A stretch of DNA of 64,000 nucleotides from Squalus acanthias (Eukaryota): the NCBI GenBank assembly GCA_030390025.1, contig CM059431.1, positions 102,054,001 to 102,118,000 on the forward strand. Direction: 5' to 3'. Position 1 is the stretch's first letter. The number at the start of each line of letters is the position of its first letter. Below are positions 1 to 16,039 of the stretch, one piece after another. A model generated the notes under the pieces. That model saw only the letters and a list, made by a program, of their open reading frames with translations, had not been told where the DNA came from and did no database searches. A program made the position numbers and the translations under genes.

Positions 1-3000
1 TCCTGGTGTATTGATTGATTGACTCATATTCCCAATGTATTGATTAACTCATATTCCCGGTGTATTGATTGACACATACTCCCGGTGTATTGATTGATTG
101 ATTGACATATTCCCAGTGTATTGATTGATTGACACATATTCCTGGTGTATTGATACTCCCGGTGTATTGATTGAGTGACTCATATTCCCGGTGAATTGAT
201 TGATTTATATTCCCGGTGTATTGATTGATTGACTCATATTCCTGGTGTATTGATTGACACATACTCCCGGTGTATTGATTGAGTGACTCATATTCCCGGT
301 GAATTGATTGATTTATATTACCGGTGTATTGATTGATTGACTCATATTCCTGGTGTATTGATTGACAGATATCTGTGTATGATATCCTGTGTATTGATCC
401 CTGTATTGATGAGTGCTCTATTAATTGAATGATTTATATCCCGGTGTATTGATGATTGACTCATTTCCTGGTGTAATTGACACATACTCCCGGTGTATTG
501 ATTGATTGACTCATATTCCGGTGTATTGATTGATTACATATTCCCGGTGTATGATTGATTGACACATATTCCTGGTGATGATTGATTAAGATATTCCTGG
601 TGTATTGATTGACTCATATTCCCGGTGTATTGTTGATTGAACATACGGTGTTGATGACACATATTCCGGTGTATGTGACAATATGTGTGATTGACACATA
701 TTCCCGGTGTATTGATTTGACACATATTCCCGTGATTGTTGATTGACACAATTCGGTGATTGATTTGCAATTTGTTGATTGACTCATATTCCCGGTGTAT
801 TGATTGATTGACTCATATTCCCGGTGTATTGATTGATTGACACATATTCCAGGTGCATTGATTGATTGACACATATTCCTGGTGTATTCATTGATTGACT
901 CATATTCCCGGTGTATTGGTTGATTGACACAAATTCCCAGTTTATTGATTGATTGACACATATTCCAGGTGTATTGATTGATTGAAACATATTCCTGGTG
1001 TATTGATTGACTCATATTCCCAGTTTATTGATTGACGCATATTCCCGGTGAATTGATTGATTGACTCATATTCCTGGTGAATTGATTGACTCATATTCCC
1101 GGTGAATTGATTGACACATATTCCCGGTGTATTGATTGACAGATATTCCCGGTGTATTGATTGACATATATTCCCGGTGTATTGATTGACATATATTCCC
1201 AGTGAATTGATTGATTGACACAAATTTCCGGTGTATTGATTGACACACATTCCCAGTTTACTGATTGACTCATATTCCCGGTGTATTCATTGATTGACAG
1301 ATATTCCCGGAGTATTGACTGACACATATTCCCGGTGTATTGATTGACACTCATTCCCGGTGGATTGATTGATTGACACAAATTCCCGATGTATTGATTG
1401 ATTGACTCATATTCCCGGTGTATTCATTGATTGACACATATTCCCGGTGTATTGACTGACACATATTCCCAGTGTATTGATTGATTGACACATATTCCCG
1501 GTGTATTGATTGACACATATTCCCGGTGAATTGATTGATTGACACATATTCCCGGTGTATTAATTGACAGATATTCCTGGTGTATTGATTGACACATATT
1601 CCCGTTGTATTGATTGACACATATTCCCAGTGAACTGATTGATTGACACATATTCCAGGTGTATTGATTGATTGACACATATTCCTGGTGTATTCATTGA
1701 TTGACTCATATTCCCGGTGTATTGGTTGATTGACACAAATTCACAGTTTATTGATTGATTGACACATATTCCAGGTGTATTGATTGATTGACACAAATTC
1801 CTGATGTATTGATTGACAGATATTCCTGGTGTATTGATTGACACATACTCCCGGTGTATTGATTGATTGACTCATATTCCCAGTGAATTGATTGACTTAT
1901 ATTCCCGGTGTATTGATTGATTGACACATATTCCTGGTGTATTGATTGACAGATATTCCTGGTGTATTGATATTCCTGGTGTATTGATACTCCCGTTGTA
2001 TTGATTGAGTGGCTCATATTCCCGGTGAATTGATTGATTTATATTCCCGGTGTATTGATTGACTCATATTCCTGGTGTATTGATTGACACATACTCCCGG
2101 TGTATTGATTGATTGACTCATATTCCCGGTGAATTGATTGAGTTATATTCCCGGTGTATTGATTGATTGACACATATTCCTGGTGTATTGATTGATTGAC
2201 AGATATTCCTGGTGTATTGATTGACTCATATTCCCGGTGTATTGGTTGATTGACACATATTCCCGGTGTATTGGTTGATTGACACATATTCCCGGTGTGT
2301 TGATTGACACATATTCCCGGTGTATTGATTGACACATATTCCCGGTGTATTGATTGACACATATTCCCGGTGTATTGATTGATTGACACATATTCCCAGT
2401 GGATTGTTTGATTGACACAAATTCCCGGTGGATTGATTGACTGGCAAATTCCTAGTTTGTTGATTGACTCATATTCCCGGTGTATTGATTGATTGACTCA
2501 TATTCCCGGTGTATTGATTGATTGACACATATTCCCAGTGTATTGATTGATTGACACATATTCCCAGTGTATTGATTGATTGACACATATTCCCAGTGTA
2601 TTGATTGATTGACACATATTCCAGGTGTATTGATTGACTCATATTCCCAGTGTATTGATTGACTCATATTCCCGGTGTATTGATTGACACTCATTCCCGG
2701 TGGATTGATTGATTGACACAAATTCCCGATGTATTGATTGATTGACTCATATTCCCGGTGTATTCATTCATTGACACATATTCCCGGTGTATTGATTGAC
2801 ATACTCCTGGTGTATTGATTGATTGATTGACTCATATTCCCAGTGTATTGATTGACACATATTCCCAGTGAATTGATTGACACATATTCCCGGTGTATTG
2901 ATTGATTGACACATATTCCAGGTGTATTGATTGATTGACACAAATTCCTGATGTATTGATTGATTGACTCATATTCCCGGTGTATTCATTGATTGACACA

Positions 3001-6000
3001 TATTCCCGGTGTATTGATTGACAGATATTCCCGGTGTATTAACTGACACATATTCCCAGTGTATTGATTGATTGACACATATTCCCGGTGTATTGATTGA
3101 CATACTCCTGGTGTATTGATTGATTGATTGACTCATATTCCCAGTGTATTGATTGACACATATTCCCGGTGAATTGATTGACACATATTCCCGGTGTATT
3201 CATTGACAGATATTCCTGGTGTATTGATTGACACATATTCCCGTTGTATTGATTGACACATATTCCCAGTGAATTGATTGACACATATTCCCGGTGTATT
3301 GATTGATTGACACATATTCCAGGTGTATTGATTGATTGACACAAATTCCTGATGTATTGATTGACACATATTCCCGGTGTATTCATTGATTGACACATAT
3401 TCCCGGTGTATTGATTGACAGTTATTCCCGGTGTATTGACTGACACATATTCCCAGTGTATTGATTGATTGACACATATTCCCGGTGTATTGATTGACAT
3501 ATTCCTGGTGAATTGATTGACACATATTCCCGGTGTATTGATTGATTGACACATATTCCCGATGTATTGATTGACACAAATTCCCGGTGTATTGATTGAC
3601 ACATATTCCTGGTGTATTGATTGACAGATATTCCCGGTGTATTGATTGATTGACAGATATTCCTGGTATATTCATTGATTGACAGATATTCCCGGTGTAT
3701 TGATTGACTCATATTCCCGGTGAATTGATTGATTGGCACATATTCCCAGTGTAATGATTGATTGACACATATTCCAGGTGTATTGATTGATTGACACATA
3801 TTCCCAGTGGATTGTTTGATTGACACAAATTCCCGGTGGATTGATTGACTGGCAAATTCCTAGTTTGTTGATTGACTCATATTCCCGGTGTATTGATTGA
3901 TTGACTCATATTCCCGGTGTATTGATTGATTGACACATATTCCCAGTGTATTGATTGATTGACACATATTCCCAGTGTATTGATTGATTGACACATATTC
4001 CCGGTGTATTGATTGACTCATATTCCCAGTGTATTGATTGATTGACTCATATTCCCGGTGTATTGATTGATTGACTCAAATTCCCGATGTATTGATTGAT
4101 TGACTCATATTCCCGGTGTATTCATTCATTGACACATATTCCCGGTGTATTGGTTGACAGATATTCCCGGTGTATTGACTGACACATATTCCCAGTGTAT
4201 TGATTGATTGACACATATTCCCGGTGTATTGATTGACATACTCCTGGTGAATTGATTGATTGATTGACTCATATTCCCAGTGTATTGATTGACACATATT
4301 CCCAGTGAATTGATTGACACATATTCCCGGTGTATTGATTGATTGACACATATTCCCGGTGTATTGATTGATTGACACATATTCCCGGTGTATTGATTGA
4401 CATACTCCTGGTGTATTGATTGATTGACTCATATTCCCAGTGTATTGATTGACACATATTCCCGGTGAATTGATTGACACATATTCCCGGTGTATTGATT
4501 GATTGACACATATTCCCGGTGTATTCATTGACAGATATTCCTGGTGTATTGATTGACACATATTCCCGTTGTATTGATTGACACATATTCCCAGTGAATT
4601 GATTGACACATATTCCCGGTGTATGTATTGATTGACACATATTCCAGGTGTATTGATTGATTGACACAAATTCCTGATGTATTGATTGACACATATTCCC
4701 GGTGTATTCATTGATTGACACATATTCCCGGTGAATTGATTGACACATATTCCCGGTGTATTCATTGACAGATATTCCTGGTGTATTGATTGACACATAT
4801 TCCCGTTGTATTGATTGAAACATATTCCCAGTGAATTGATTGACACATATTCCCGGTGTATTGATTGATTGACACATATTCCAGGTGTATTGATTGATTG
4901 ACACAAATTCCTGATGTATTGATTGACACATATTCCCGGTGTATTCATTGATTGACACATATTCCCGGTGTATTGATTGACATATTCCTGGTGTATTGAT
5001 TGATTGACTCATATTCCCAGTGTATTGATTGACACATATTCCCGGTGAATTGATTGACACATATTCCCGGTGTATTGATTGATTGACACATATTCCCGGT
5101 GTATTGATTGACACATATTCCTGGTGTATTGATTGATTGACTCATATTCCCAGTGTATTGATTGACACATATTCCCGGTGAATTGATTGACACATATTCC
5201 CGGTGTATTGATTGATTGACACATATTCCCGATGTATTGATTGACACAAATTCCTGGTGTATTGATTGACACATATTCCTGGTGTATTGATTGACAGATA
5301 TTCCCGGTGTATTGATTGATTGACAGATATTCCTGGTATATTCATTGATTGACACATATTCCCGGTGTATTGATTGACTCATATTCCCGGTGAATTGATT
5401 GATTGGCACATATTCCCAGTGTAATGATTGACAGATATTCCTGGTGTATTGATTGAAACATATTCCCGGTGTATTGATTAATTGACACATATTCCTGGTG
5501 TATTGATTGATTGACACATATTCCCGGTGTATTGATTGATTGACACATATTCCCGGTGTATTGATTGACATATTCCTGGTGTATTGATTGACACATACTC
5601 CTGGTGTATTGATTGACTCATATTCCCAGTGTATTGATTGACCAATATTCCCGGTGAATTGATTGATTGACACATATTCCCAGTGTATTGATTGACAGAT
5701 ATTCCTGGTGTAATGATTGACTCATATTCCCGGTGTATTCATTGATTGACACATATTCCCGGTGAATTGATTGATTGACACATATTCCCGGTGAATTGAT
5801 TGATTGACACATATTCCCAGTGAATTGATTGACACATATTCCCGGTGAATTGATTGACGCATTATCCCGGTGAATTGATTGACGCATTATCCCGGTGTAT
5901 TGATTGACAGATAATTCCGGTGTATTGATTGACACATATTCCCGGTGTATTGATTGATTGACACATATTCCCGGTGGATTGTTTGATTGACACAAATTCC

Positions 6001-9000
6001 CGGTGGATTGATTGACAAATTCCCAGTTTATTGATTGACTCATATTCCCAGTTTATTGATTGATTGACTCATATTCCCGGTGAATTGATTGACTCATATT
6101 CCCGGTGAATTGATTGACTCATATTCCCGGTGAATTGATTGACTCATATTCCCGGTGAATTGATTGACTCATATTCCCGGTGAATTGATTGACTCATATT
6201 CCCGGTGAATTGATTGACTCATATTCCCGGTGAATTGATTGACTCATATTCCCGGTGAATTGATTGACTCATATTCCCGGTGAATTGATTGACTCATATT
6301 CCCGGTGGATTGATTGACACAAATTCCCGGTGGATTGATTGACTCATATTCCCAGTGTATTGATTGATTGACACATATTCCCGGTGAATTGATTGACACA
6401 TATTCCCTGTGTATTGATTGATTGACACAAATCCCGGTGTCTTGATTGATTGACACAAATTCCCGGTGTATTGATTGATTGACACAAATTCCCGGTGTAT
6501 TGATTGATTGACTCATATTCCCGGTGTATTGATTGATTGACTCATATTCCCGGTGTATTGATTGATTGACACATATTCCCGGTGAATTGATTGACACATA
6601 TTCCCGGTGTATTGATTGATTGACACAAATCCCGGTGGATTGATTGACACAAATTCCCGGTGTATTGATTGATTGACTCATATTCCCGGTGTATTGATTG
6701 ATTGACACATATTCCCGGTGAATTGATTGACACATATTCCCGGTGTATTGATTGATTGACACAAATTCCCGGTGTATTGATTGATTGACTCATATTCCCG
6801 GTGTATTGATTGATTGACTCATATTCCCGGTGTATTGATTGATTGACTCATATTCCCGGTGAATTGATTGACTCATATTCCCGGTGAATTGATTGACTCA
6901 TATTCCCGGTAAATTGATTGACTCATATTCCCGGTGAATTGATTGACTCATATTCCCGGTGAATTGATTGACTCATATTCCCGGTGAATTGATTGACTCA
7001 TATTCCCGGTGAATTGATTGACTCATATTCCCAGTGTATTGATTGATTGACACATATTCCCGGTGAATTGATTGGCACATATTCCCGGTGTATTGATTGA
7101 TTGACACATATTCCCGGTGAATTGATTGACACATATTCCCGGTGTATTGATTGATTGACACAAATCCCGGTGGATTGATTGACACAAATTCCCAGTGTAT
7201 TGATTGATTGACACAAATTCCCGGTGTATTGATTGATTGACTCATATTCCCGGTGTATTGATTGATTGACTCATATTCCCGGTGTATTGATTGATTGACA
7301 CATATTCCCGGTGGATTGTTTGATTGACACAAATTCCCGGTGGATTGATTGACAAATTCCCAGTTTATTGATTGACTCATATTCCCAGTTTATTGATTGA
7401 TTGACTCATATTCCCGGTGAATTGATTGATTGACACAAATTCCCGGTGTATTGATTGATTGACTCATATTCCCGGTGAATTGATTGACTCATATTCCCGG
7501 TGAATTGATTGACTCATATTCCCGGTGAATTGATTGACTCATATTCCCGGTGAATTGATTGACTCATATTCCCGGTGAATTGATTGACTCATATTCCCGG
7601 TGAATTGATTGACTCATATTCCCGGTGACTTGATTGACTCATATTCCCGGTGAATTGATTGACTCATATTCCCGGTGAATTGATTGACTCATATTCCCGG
7701 TGGATTGATTGACACAAATTCCCGGTGGATTGATTGACTCATATTCCCAGTGTATTGATTGATTGACACATATTCCCGGTGAATTGATTGACACATATTC
7801 CCGGTGTATTGATTGATTGACACATAATCCCGGTGAATTGATTGATTGACACAAATTCCCGGTGGATTGATTGACTCATATTCCCAGTGTATTGATTGAT
7901 TGACACATATTCCCGGTGAATTGATTGACACATATTCCCGGTGTATTGATTGATTGACACAAATCCCGGTGGATTGATTGACACAAATTCCCAGTGTATT
8001 GATTGATTGACACAAATCCCGGTGGATTGATTGACACAAATTCCCAGTGTATTGATTGATTGACACAAATTCCCGGTGTATTGATTGATTGACTCATATT
8101 CCCGGTGTATTGATTGATTGACTCATATTCCCGGTGTATTGATTGATTGACTCATATTCCCGATGTATTGATTGATTGACTCATATTCCCGGTGTATTGA
8201 TTGACTCATATTCCCGATATATTGATTGATTGACTCATATTCCCGATGTATTGATTGATTGACTCATATTCCCGGTGTTTTCATATTCCCGGTGTATTCA
8301 TTCATTGACACATATTCCCGGTGTATTGGTTGACAGATATTCCCGGTGTATTGACTGACACATATTCCCAGTGAATTGATTGACACATATTCCCGGTGTA
8401 ATGATTGATTGACACATATTCCAGGTGTATTGATTGATTGACACATATTCCCAGTGGATTGTTTGATTGACACAAATTCCCGGTGGATTGATTGACTGGC
8501 AAATTCCTAGTTTGTTGATTGACTCATATTCCCGGTGTATTGATTGATTGACTCATATTCCCGGTGTATTGATTGATTGACTCATATTCCCAGTGTATTG
8601 ATTGATTGACTCATATTCCCGGTGTATTGATTGATTGACTCATATTCCCGGTGTATTCATTCATTGACACATATTCCCGGTGTATTGGTTGACAGATATT
8701 CCCGGTGTATTGACTGACACATATTCCCAGTGTATTGATTGATTGACACATATTCCCGGTGTATTGATTGACATATTCCTGGTGTATTGATTGATTGACT
8801 CATATTCCCAGTGTATTGATTGACACATATTCCCGGTGAATTGATTGACACATATTCCCGGTGTATTGATTGATTGACACATATTCCCGGTGTATTGATT
8901 GATTGACACATATTCCCGGTGTATTGATTGACATACTCCTGGTGTATTGATTGATTGACTCATATTCCCAGTGTATTGATTGACACATATTCCCGGTGAA

Positions 9001-12000
9001 TTGATTGACACATATTCCCGGTGTATTCATTGACAGATATTCCTGGTGTATTGATTGACACATATTCCCGTTGTATTGATTGACACATATTCCCAGTGAA
9101 TTGATTGACACATATTCCCGGTGTATTGATTGATTGACACATATTCCAGGTGTATTGATTGATTGACACAAATTCCTGATGTATTGATTGACACATATTC
9201 CCGGTGTATTCATTGATTGACACATATTCCCGGTGAATTGATTGACACATATTCCCGGTGTATTCATTGACAGATATTCCTGGTGTATTGATTGACACAT
9301 ATTCCCGTTGTATTGATTGAAACATATTCCCAGTGAATTGATTGACACATATTCCCGGTGTATTGATTGACACATATTCCTGGTGTATTGATTGACAGAT
9401 ATTCCTGATGTATTGATTGACACATATTCCCGGTGTATTGATTGACACATATTCCTGGTGTATTGATTGACAGATATTCCCGGTGTATTGATTGATTGAC
9501 AGATATTCCTGGTATATTCATTGATTGACACATATTCCCGGTATAGTGATTGACTCATATTCCCGGTGAATTGATTGATTGGCACATATTCCCAGTGTAA
9601 TGATTGACAGATATTCCTGGTGTATTGATTGAAACATATTCCCGGTGTATTGATTAATTGACACATATTCCTGGTGTATTGATTGATTGACACATATTCC
9701 CGGTGTATTGATTGATTGACACATATTCCCGGTGTATTGATTGACATATTCCTGGTGTATTGATTGACACATACTCCTGGTGTATTGATTGACTCATATT
9801 CCCAGTGTATTGATTGACCGATATTCCCGGTGAATTGATTGATTGACACATATTCCCAGTGTATTGATTGACAGATATTCCTGGTGTAATGATTGACTCA
9901 TATTCCCGGTGTATTCATTGATTGACACATATTCCCGGTGAATTGATTGATTGACACATATTCCCGGTGAATTGATTGATTGACACATATTCCCAGTGAA
10001 TTGATTGATTGACACATATTCCCGGTGAATTGATTGACGCATTCCCCGGTGTATTGATTGACAGATAATTCCGGTGTATTGATTGACACATATTCCCGGT
10101 GTATTGATTGATTGACACATATTCCCGGTGGATTGTTTGATTGACTCATATTCCCGGTGAATTGATTGACTCATATTCCCGGTGAATTGATTGACTCATA
10201 TTCTCAGTTTATTGATTGATTGACTCATATTCCCGGTGAATTGATTGATTGACACAAATTCCCGGTGTATTGATTGATTGACTCATATTCCCGGTGAATT
10301 GATTGACTCATATTCCCGGTGAATTGATTGACTCATATTCCCGGTGAATTGATTGACTCATATTCCCGGTGAATTGATTGACTCATATTCCCGGTGAATT
10401 GATTGACTCATATTCCCGGTGAATTGATTGACTCATATTCCCGGTGAATTGATTGACTCATATTCCCGGTGGATTGATTGACACAAATTCCCGGTGGATT
10501 GATTGACACAAATTCCCAGTTTATTGATTGATTGACACATATTCCCAGTGTATTGATTGACTCATATTCCCAGTGTATTGATTGATTGACACATATTCCC
10601 GGTGAATTGATTGACACATATTCCCGGTGTATTGATTGATTGACACATATTCCCGGTGAATTGATTGACACATATTCCCGGTGTATTGATTGATTGACAC
10701 AAATCCCGGTGGATTGATTGACACAAATTCCCGGTGGATTGATTGATTGACATAAATTCCCAGTTTATTGATTGACTCATATTCCCGGTGTATTGATTGA
10801 TTGACTCATATTCCCGATGTATTGATTGATTGACTCATATTCCCGGTGTATTGATTGATTGACTCATATTCCCGGTGTATTGATTGATTGACTCATATTC
10901 CCGGTGAATTGATTGATTGACAAATATTCCCGATGTATTGATTGATTGACTCATATTCCCGGTGAATTGATTGATTGACATAAATTCCCAGTTTATTGAT
11001 TGACTCATATTCCCGGTGTATCGATTGATTGACAGATATTCCTGGTGTAATGATTGACTCATATTCCCGGTGTATTCATTGATTGACACATATTCCCGGT
11101 GAATTGATTGATTGACACATATTCCCGGTGAATTGATTGATTGACACATATTCCCAGTGAATTGATTGATTGACACATATTCCCGGTGAATTGATTGACG
11201 CATTCCCCGGTGTATTGATTGACAGATAATTCCGGTGTATTGATTGACACATATTCCCGGTGTATTGATTGATTGACACATATTCCCGGTGGATTGTTTG
11301 ATTGACTCATATTCCCGGTGAATTGATTGACTCATATTCCCGGTGAATTGATTGACTCATATTCTCAGTTTATTGATTGATTGACTCATATTCCCGGTGA
11401 ATTGATTGATTGACACAAATTCCCGGTGTATTGATTGATTGACTCATATTCCCGGTGAATTGATTGACTCATATTCCCGGTGAATTGATTGACTCATATT
11501 CCCGGTGAATTGATTGACTCATATTCCCGGTGAATTGATTGACTCATATTCCCGGTGAATTGATTGACTCATATTCCCGGTGAATTGATTGACTCATATT
11601 CCCGGTGAATTGATTGACTCATATTCCCGGTGGATTGATTGACACAAATTCCCGGTGGATTGATTGACACAAATTCCCAGTTTATTGATTGATTGACACA
11701 TATTCCCAGTGTATTGATTGACTCATATTCCCAGTGTATTGATTGATTGACACATATTCCCGGTGAATTGATTGACACATATTCCCGGTGTATTGATTGA
11801 TTGACACATATTCCCGGTGAATTGATTGACACATATTCCCGGTGTATTGATTGATTGACACAAATCCCGGTGGATTGATTGACACAAATTCCCGGTGGAT
11901 TGATTGATTGACATAAATTCCCAGTTTATTGATTGACTCATATTCCCGGTGTATTGATTGATTGACTCATATTCCCGATGTATTGATTGATTGACTCATA

Positions 12001-12560
12001 TTCCCGGTGTATTGATTGATTGACTCATATTCCCGGTGTATTGATTGATTGACTCATATTCCCGGTGAATTGATTGATTGACAAATATTCCCGATGTATT
12101 GATTGATTGACTCATATTCCCGGTGAATTGATTGATTGACATAAATTCCCAGTTTATTGATTGACTCATATTCCCGGTGTATCGATTGATTGACACATAT
12201 TCCCGGTGTATCGATTGATTGACTCATATTCCCGGTGAATTGATTGATTGACAAATATTCCCGATGTATTGATTGATTGACTCATATTCCCGGTGAATTG
12301 ATTGATTGACTCATATTCCCGGTGAATTGATTGATTGACTCATATTCCCGGTGAATTGATTGATTGACTCATATTCCCGGTGAATTGATTGATTGACTCA
12401 TATTCCCGGTGAATTGATTGACTCATATTCCCGGTGAATTGATTGATTGACTCATATTCCCGGTGAATTGATTGATTGACACAAATTCCCAGTTTATTGA
12501 TTGACACATATTCCCGGTGTATTGATTGATTGACACAAATTCCCAGTTTATTGATTGACA

Positions 12561-13019
12561 CATAGAAACATAGAAACATAGAATCTAGGAGCAGGAGTAG
12601 GCCATTCGGCCCGTCGAGCCTGCTCCACCATTCAATACGATCATGGCTGATCATCCAAATCCAGTACCCTGTCCCTGCTTTAATCCCCACAGTACACATA
12701 TCCCACCCTACCCCCGTAACCCCACGTATTTAATTCCCCCTAACATATCCCATCCTATCCCCATAACCCCACATATTTAATCCCCCCCTAACACTAAGGG
12801 TCAATTTATCATAGCCAAATCAACCTAACCCGCACATTTTTGGACTGTGGGAGGAAACCGGAGCACCCGGAGGAAACCCACGCAGACACGGGGAGAATGT
12901 GCAAACTCCACACAGACAGTCACCCGAGGTCAGATTCGAACCCGGGTCTCTGGCGCTGTGAGGCACCAGTGCTAACCACTATGCCACCGTGTTGCACCAG
13001 TTGCTAACCACTATGCCAC
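12561..13019 (-). mobile_element. tRNA-derived V-SINE (HE1-like elasmobranch SINE) with CR1/HER1-type 3' tail, inserted in the satellite
   Basis: The minus strand reads GGTGGCATAGTGGTTAGCAC (A box) ... GGGTTCGAATC (B box). A V-domain follows (plus strand TGGACTGTGGGAGGAAACCGGAGCACCCGGAGGAAACCCACGCAGACACGGGGAGAATGTGCAAACTCCACACAGAC). The CR1-like tail ends in (TTTCTATG)n. CACATA occurs at both junctions. Confidence 0.9.
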
Positions 13020-15580
13020 ATATTCCCGGTGAATTGATTGACAGATATTCCCGGTGTATTGATTGATTGACAGATATTCCCGGTGTATTGATTGATTGAC
13101 ACATATTCCCAGTGTATTGATTGACACATATTCCCGGTGAATTGATTGACACATATTCCCGGTGTATTCATTGACAGATATTCCTGGTGTATTGATTGAC
13201 ACATATTCCCGTTGTATTGATTGACACATATTCCCAGTGAATTGATTGACACATATTCCCGGTGTATTGATTGATTGACACATATTCCAGGTGTATTGAT
13301 TGATTGACACAAATTCCTGATGTATTGATTAACACATATTCCCGGTGTATTCATTGATTGACACATATTCCCGGTGAATTGATTGACACATATTCCCGGT
13401 GTATTCATTGACAGATATTCCTGGTGTATTGATTGACACATATTCCCGTTGTATTGATTGAAACATATTCCCAGTGAATTGATTGACACATATTCCCGGT
13501 GTATTGATTGATTGACACAAATTCCTGATGTATTGATTGACACATATTCCCGGTGTATTGATTGACACATATTCCTGGTGTATTGATTGACAGATATTCC
13601 CGGTGTATTGATTGATTGACAGATATTCCTGGTATATTCATTGATTGACACATATTCCCGGTGTATTGATTGACTCATATTCCCGGTGAATTGATTGATT
13701 GGCACATATTCCCAGTGTAATGATTGATTGACACATATTCCAGGTGTATTGATTGATTGACAGATATTCCTGGTATATTCATTGATTGACACAAATTCCC
13801 GGTATAGTGATTGACTCATATTCCCGGTGAATTGATTGATTGGCACATATTCCCAGTGTAATGATTGACAGATATTCCTGGTGTATTGATTGAAACATAT
13901 TCCCGGTGTATTGATTAATTGACACATATTCCTGGTGTATTGATTGATTGACACATATTCCCGGTGTATTGATTGATTGACACATATTCCCGGTGTATTG
14001 ATTGACATATTCCTGGTGTATTGATTGACACATACTCCTGGTGTATTGATTGACTCATATTCCCAGTGTATTGATTGACCGATATTCCCGGTGAATTGAT
14101 TGATTGACACATATTCCCAGTGTATTGATTGATTGACACATATTCCCGGTGAATTGATTGATTGACACATATTCCCAGTGAATTGATTGATTGACACATA
14201 TTCCCGGTGAATTGATTGACGCATTATCCCGGTGTATTGATTGACAGATAATTCCGGTGTATTGATTGACACATATTCCCGGTGTATTGATTGATTGACA
14301 CATATTCCCGGTGGATTGTTTGATTGACACAAATTCCCGGTGGATTGATTGACAAATTCCCAGTTTATTGATTGACTCATATTCCCAGTTTATTGATTGA
14401 TTGACTCATATTCCCGGTGAATTGATTGATTGACACAAATTCCCGGTGTATTGATTGATTGACTCATATTCCCGGTGAATTGATTGACTCATATTCCCGG
14501 TGAATTGATTGACTCATATTCCCAGTGAATTGATTGACTCATATTCCCGGTGAATTGATTGACTCATATTCCCGGTGAATTGATTGACTCATATTCCCGG
14601 TGAATTGATTGACTCATATTCCCGGTGAATTGATTGACTCATATTCCCGGTGGATTGATTGACACAAATTCCCGGTGGATTGATTGACACAAATTCCCAG
14701 TTTATTGATTGATTGACACATATTCCCAGTGTATTGATTGACTCATATTCCCAGTGTATTGATTGATTGACACATATTCCCGGTGAATTGGTTGACACAT
14801 ATTCCCGGTGTATTGATTGATTGACACATATTCCCGGTGAATTGATTGACACATATTCCCGGTGTATTGATTGATTGACACAAATCCCGGTGGATTGATT
14901 GACACAAATTCCCGGTGTATTGATTGATTGACATAAATTCCCAGTTTATTGATTGACTCATATTCCCGGTGTATTGATTGATTGACTCATATTCCCGATG
15001 TATTGATTGATTGACTCATATTCCCGGTGTATTGATTGATTGACTCATATTCCCGGTGTATTGATTGATTGACTCATATTCCCGGTGAATTGATTGATTG
15101 ACAAATATTCCCGATGTATTGATTGATTGACTCATATTCCCGGTGAATTGATTGATTGACATAAATTCCCAGTTTATTGATTGACTCATATTCCCGGTGT
15201 ATCAATTGATTGACACATATTCCCGGTGTATCGATTGATTGACTCATATTCCCGGTGAATTGATTGATTGACAAATATTCCCGATGTATTGATTGATTGA
15301 CTCATATTCCCGGTGAATTGATTGATTGACTCATATTCCCGGTGAATTGATTGATTGACTCATATTCCCGGTGAATTGATTGATTGACTCATATTCCCGG
15401 TGAATTGATTGATTGACTCATATTCCCGGTGAATTGATTGACTCATATTCCCGGTGAATTGATTGATTGACTCATATTCCCGGTGAATTGATTGATTGAC
15501 ACAAATTCCCAGTTTATTGATTGACACATATTCCCGGTGTATTGATTGATTGACACAAATTCCCAGTTTATTGATTGACA

Positions 15581-16039
15581 CATAGAAACATAGAAACATA
15601 GAATCTAGGAGCAGGAGTAGGCCATTCGGCCCGTCGAGCCTGCTCCACCATTCAATACGATCATGGCTGATCATCCAAATCCAGTACCCTGTCCCTGCTT
15701 TAATCCCCACAGTACACATATCCCACCCTACCCCCGTAACCCCACGTATTTAATTCCCCCTAACATATCCCATCCTATCCCCATAACCCCACATATTTAA
15801 TCCCCCCCTAACACTAAGGGTCAATTTATCATAGCCAAATCAACCTAACCCGCACATTTTTGGACTGTGGGAGGAAACCGGAGCACCCGGAGGAAACCCA
15901 CGCAGACACGGGGAGAATGTGCAAACTCCACACAGACAGTCACCCGAGGTCAGATTCGAACCCGGGTCTCTGGCGCTGTGAGGCACCAGTGCTAACCACT
16001 ATGCCACCGTGTTGCACCAGTTGCTAACCACTATGCCAC
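15581..16039 (-). mobile_element. Second copy of the V-SINE (HE1-like), duplicated with its flanks (offset 3020 bp)
   Basis: By eye identical to 12561-13019, including junctions and the duplicated 5' end. Confidence 0.9.

Noticed and set aside
12915..12990. tRNA gene
   Set aside because: The A/B boxes belong to the SINE head, which is followed by the V-domain and LINE tail; no complete cloverleaf is evident.
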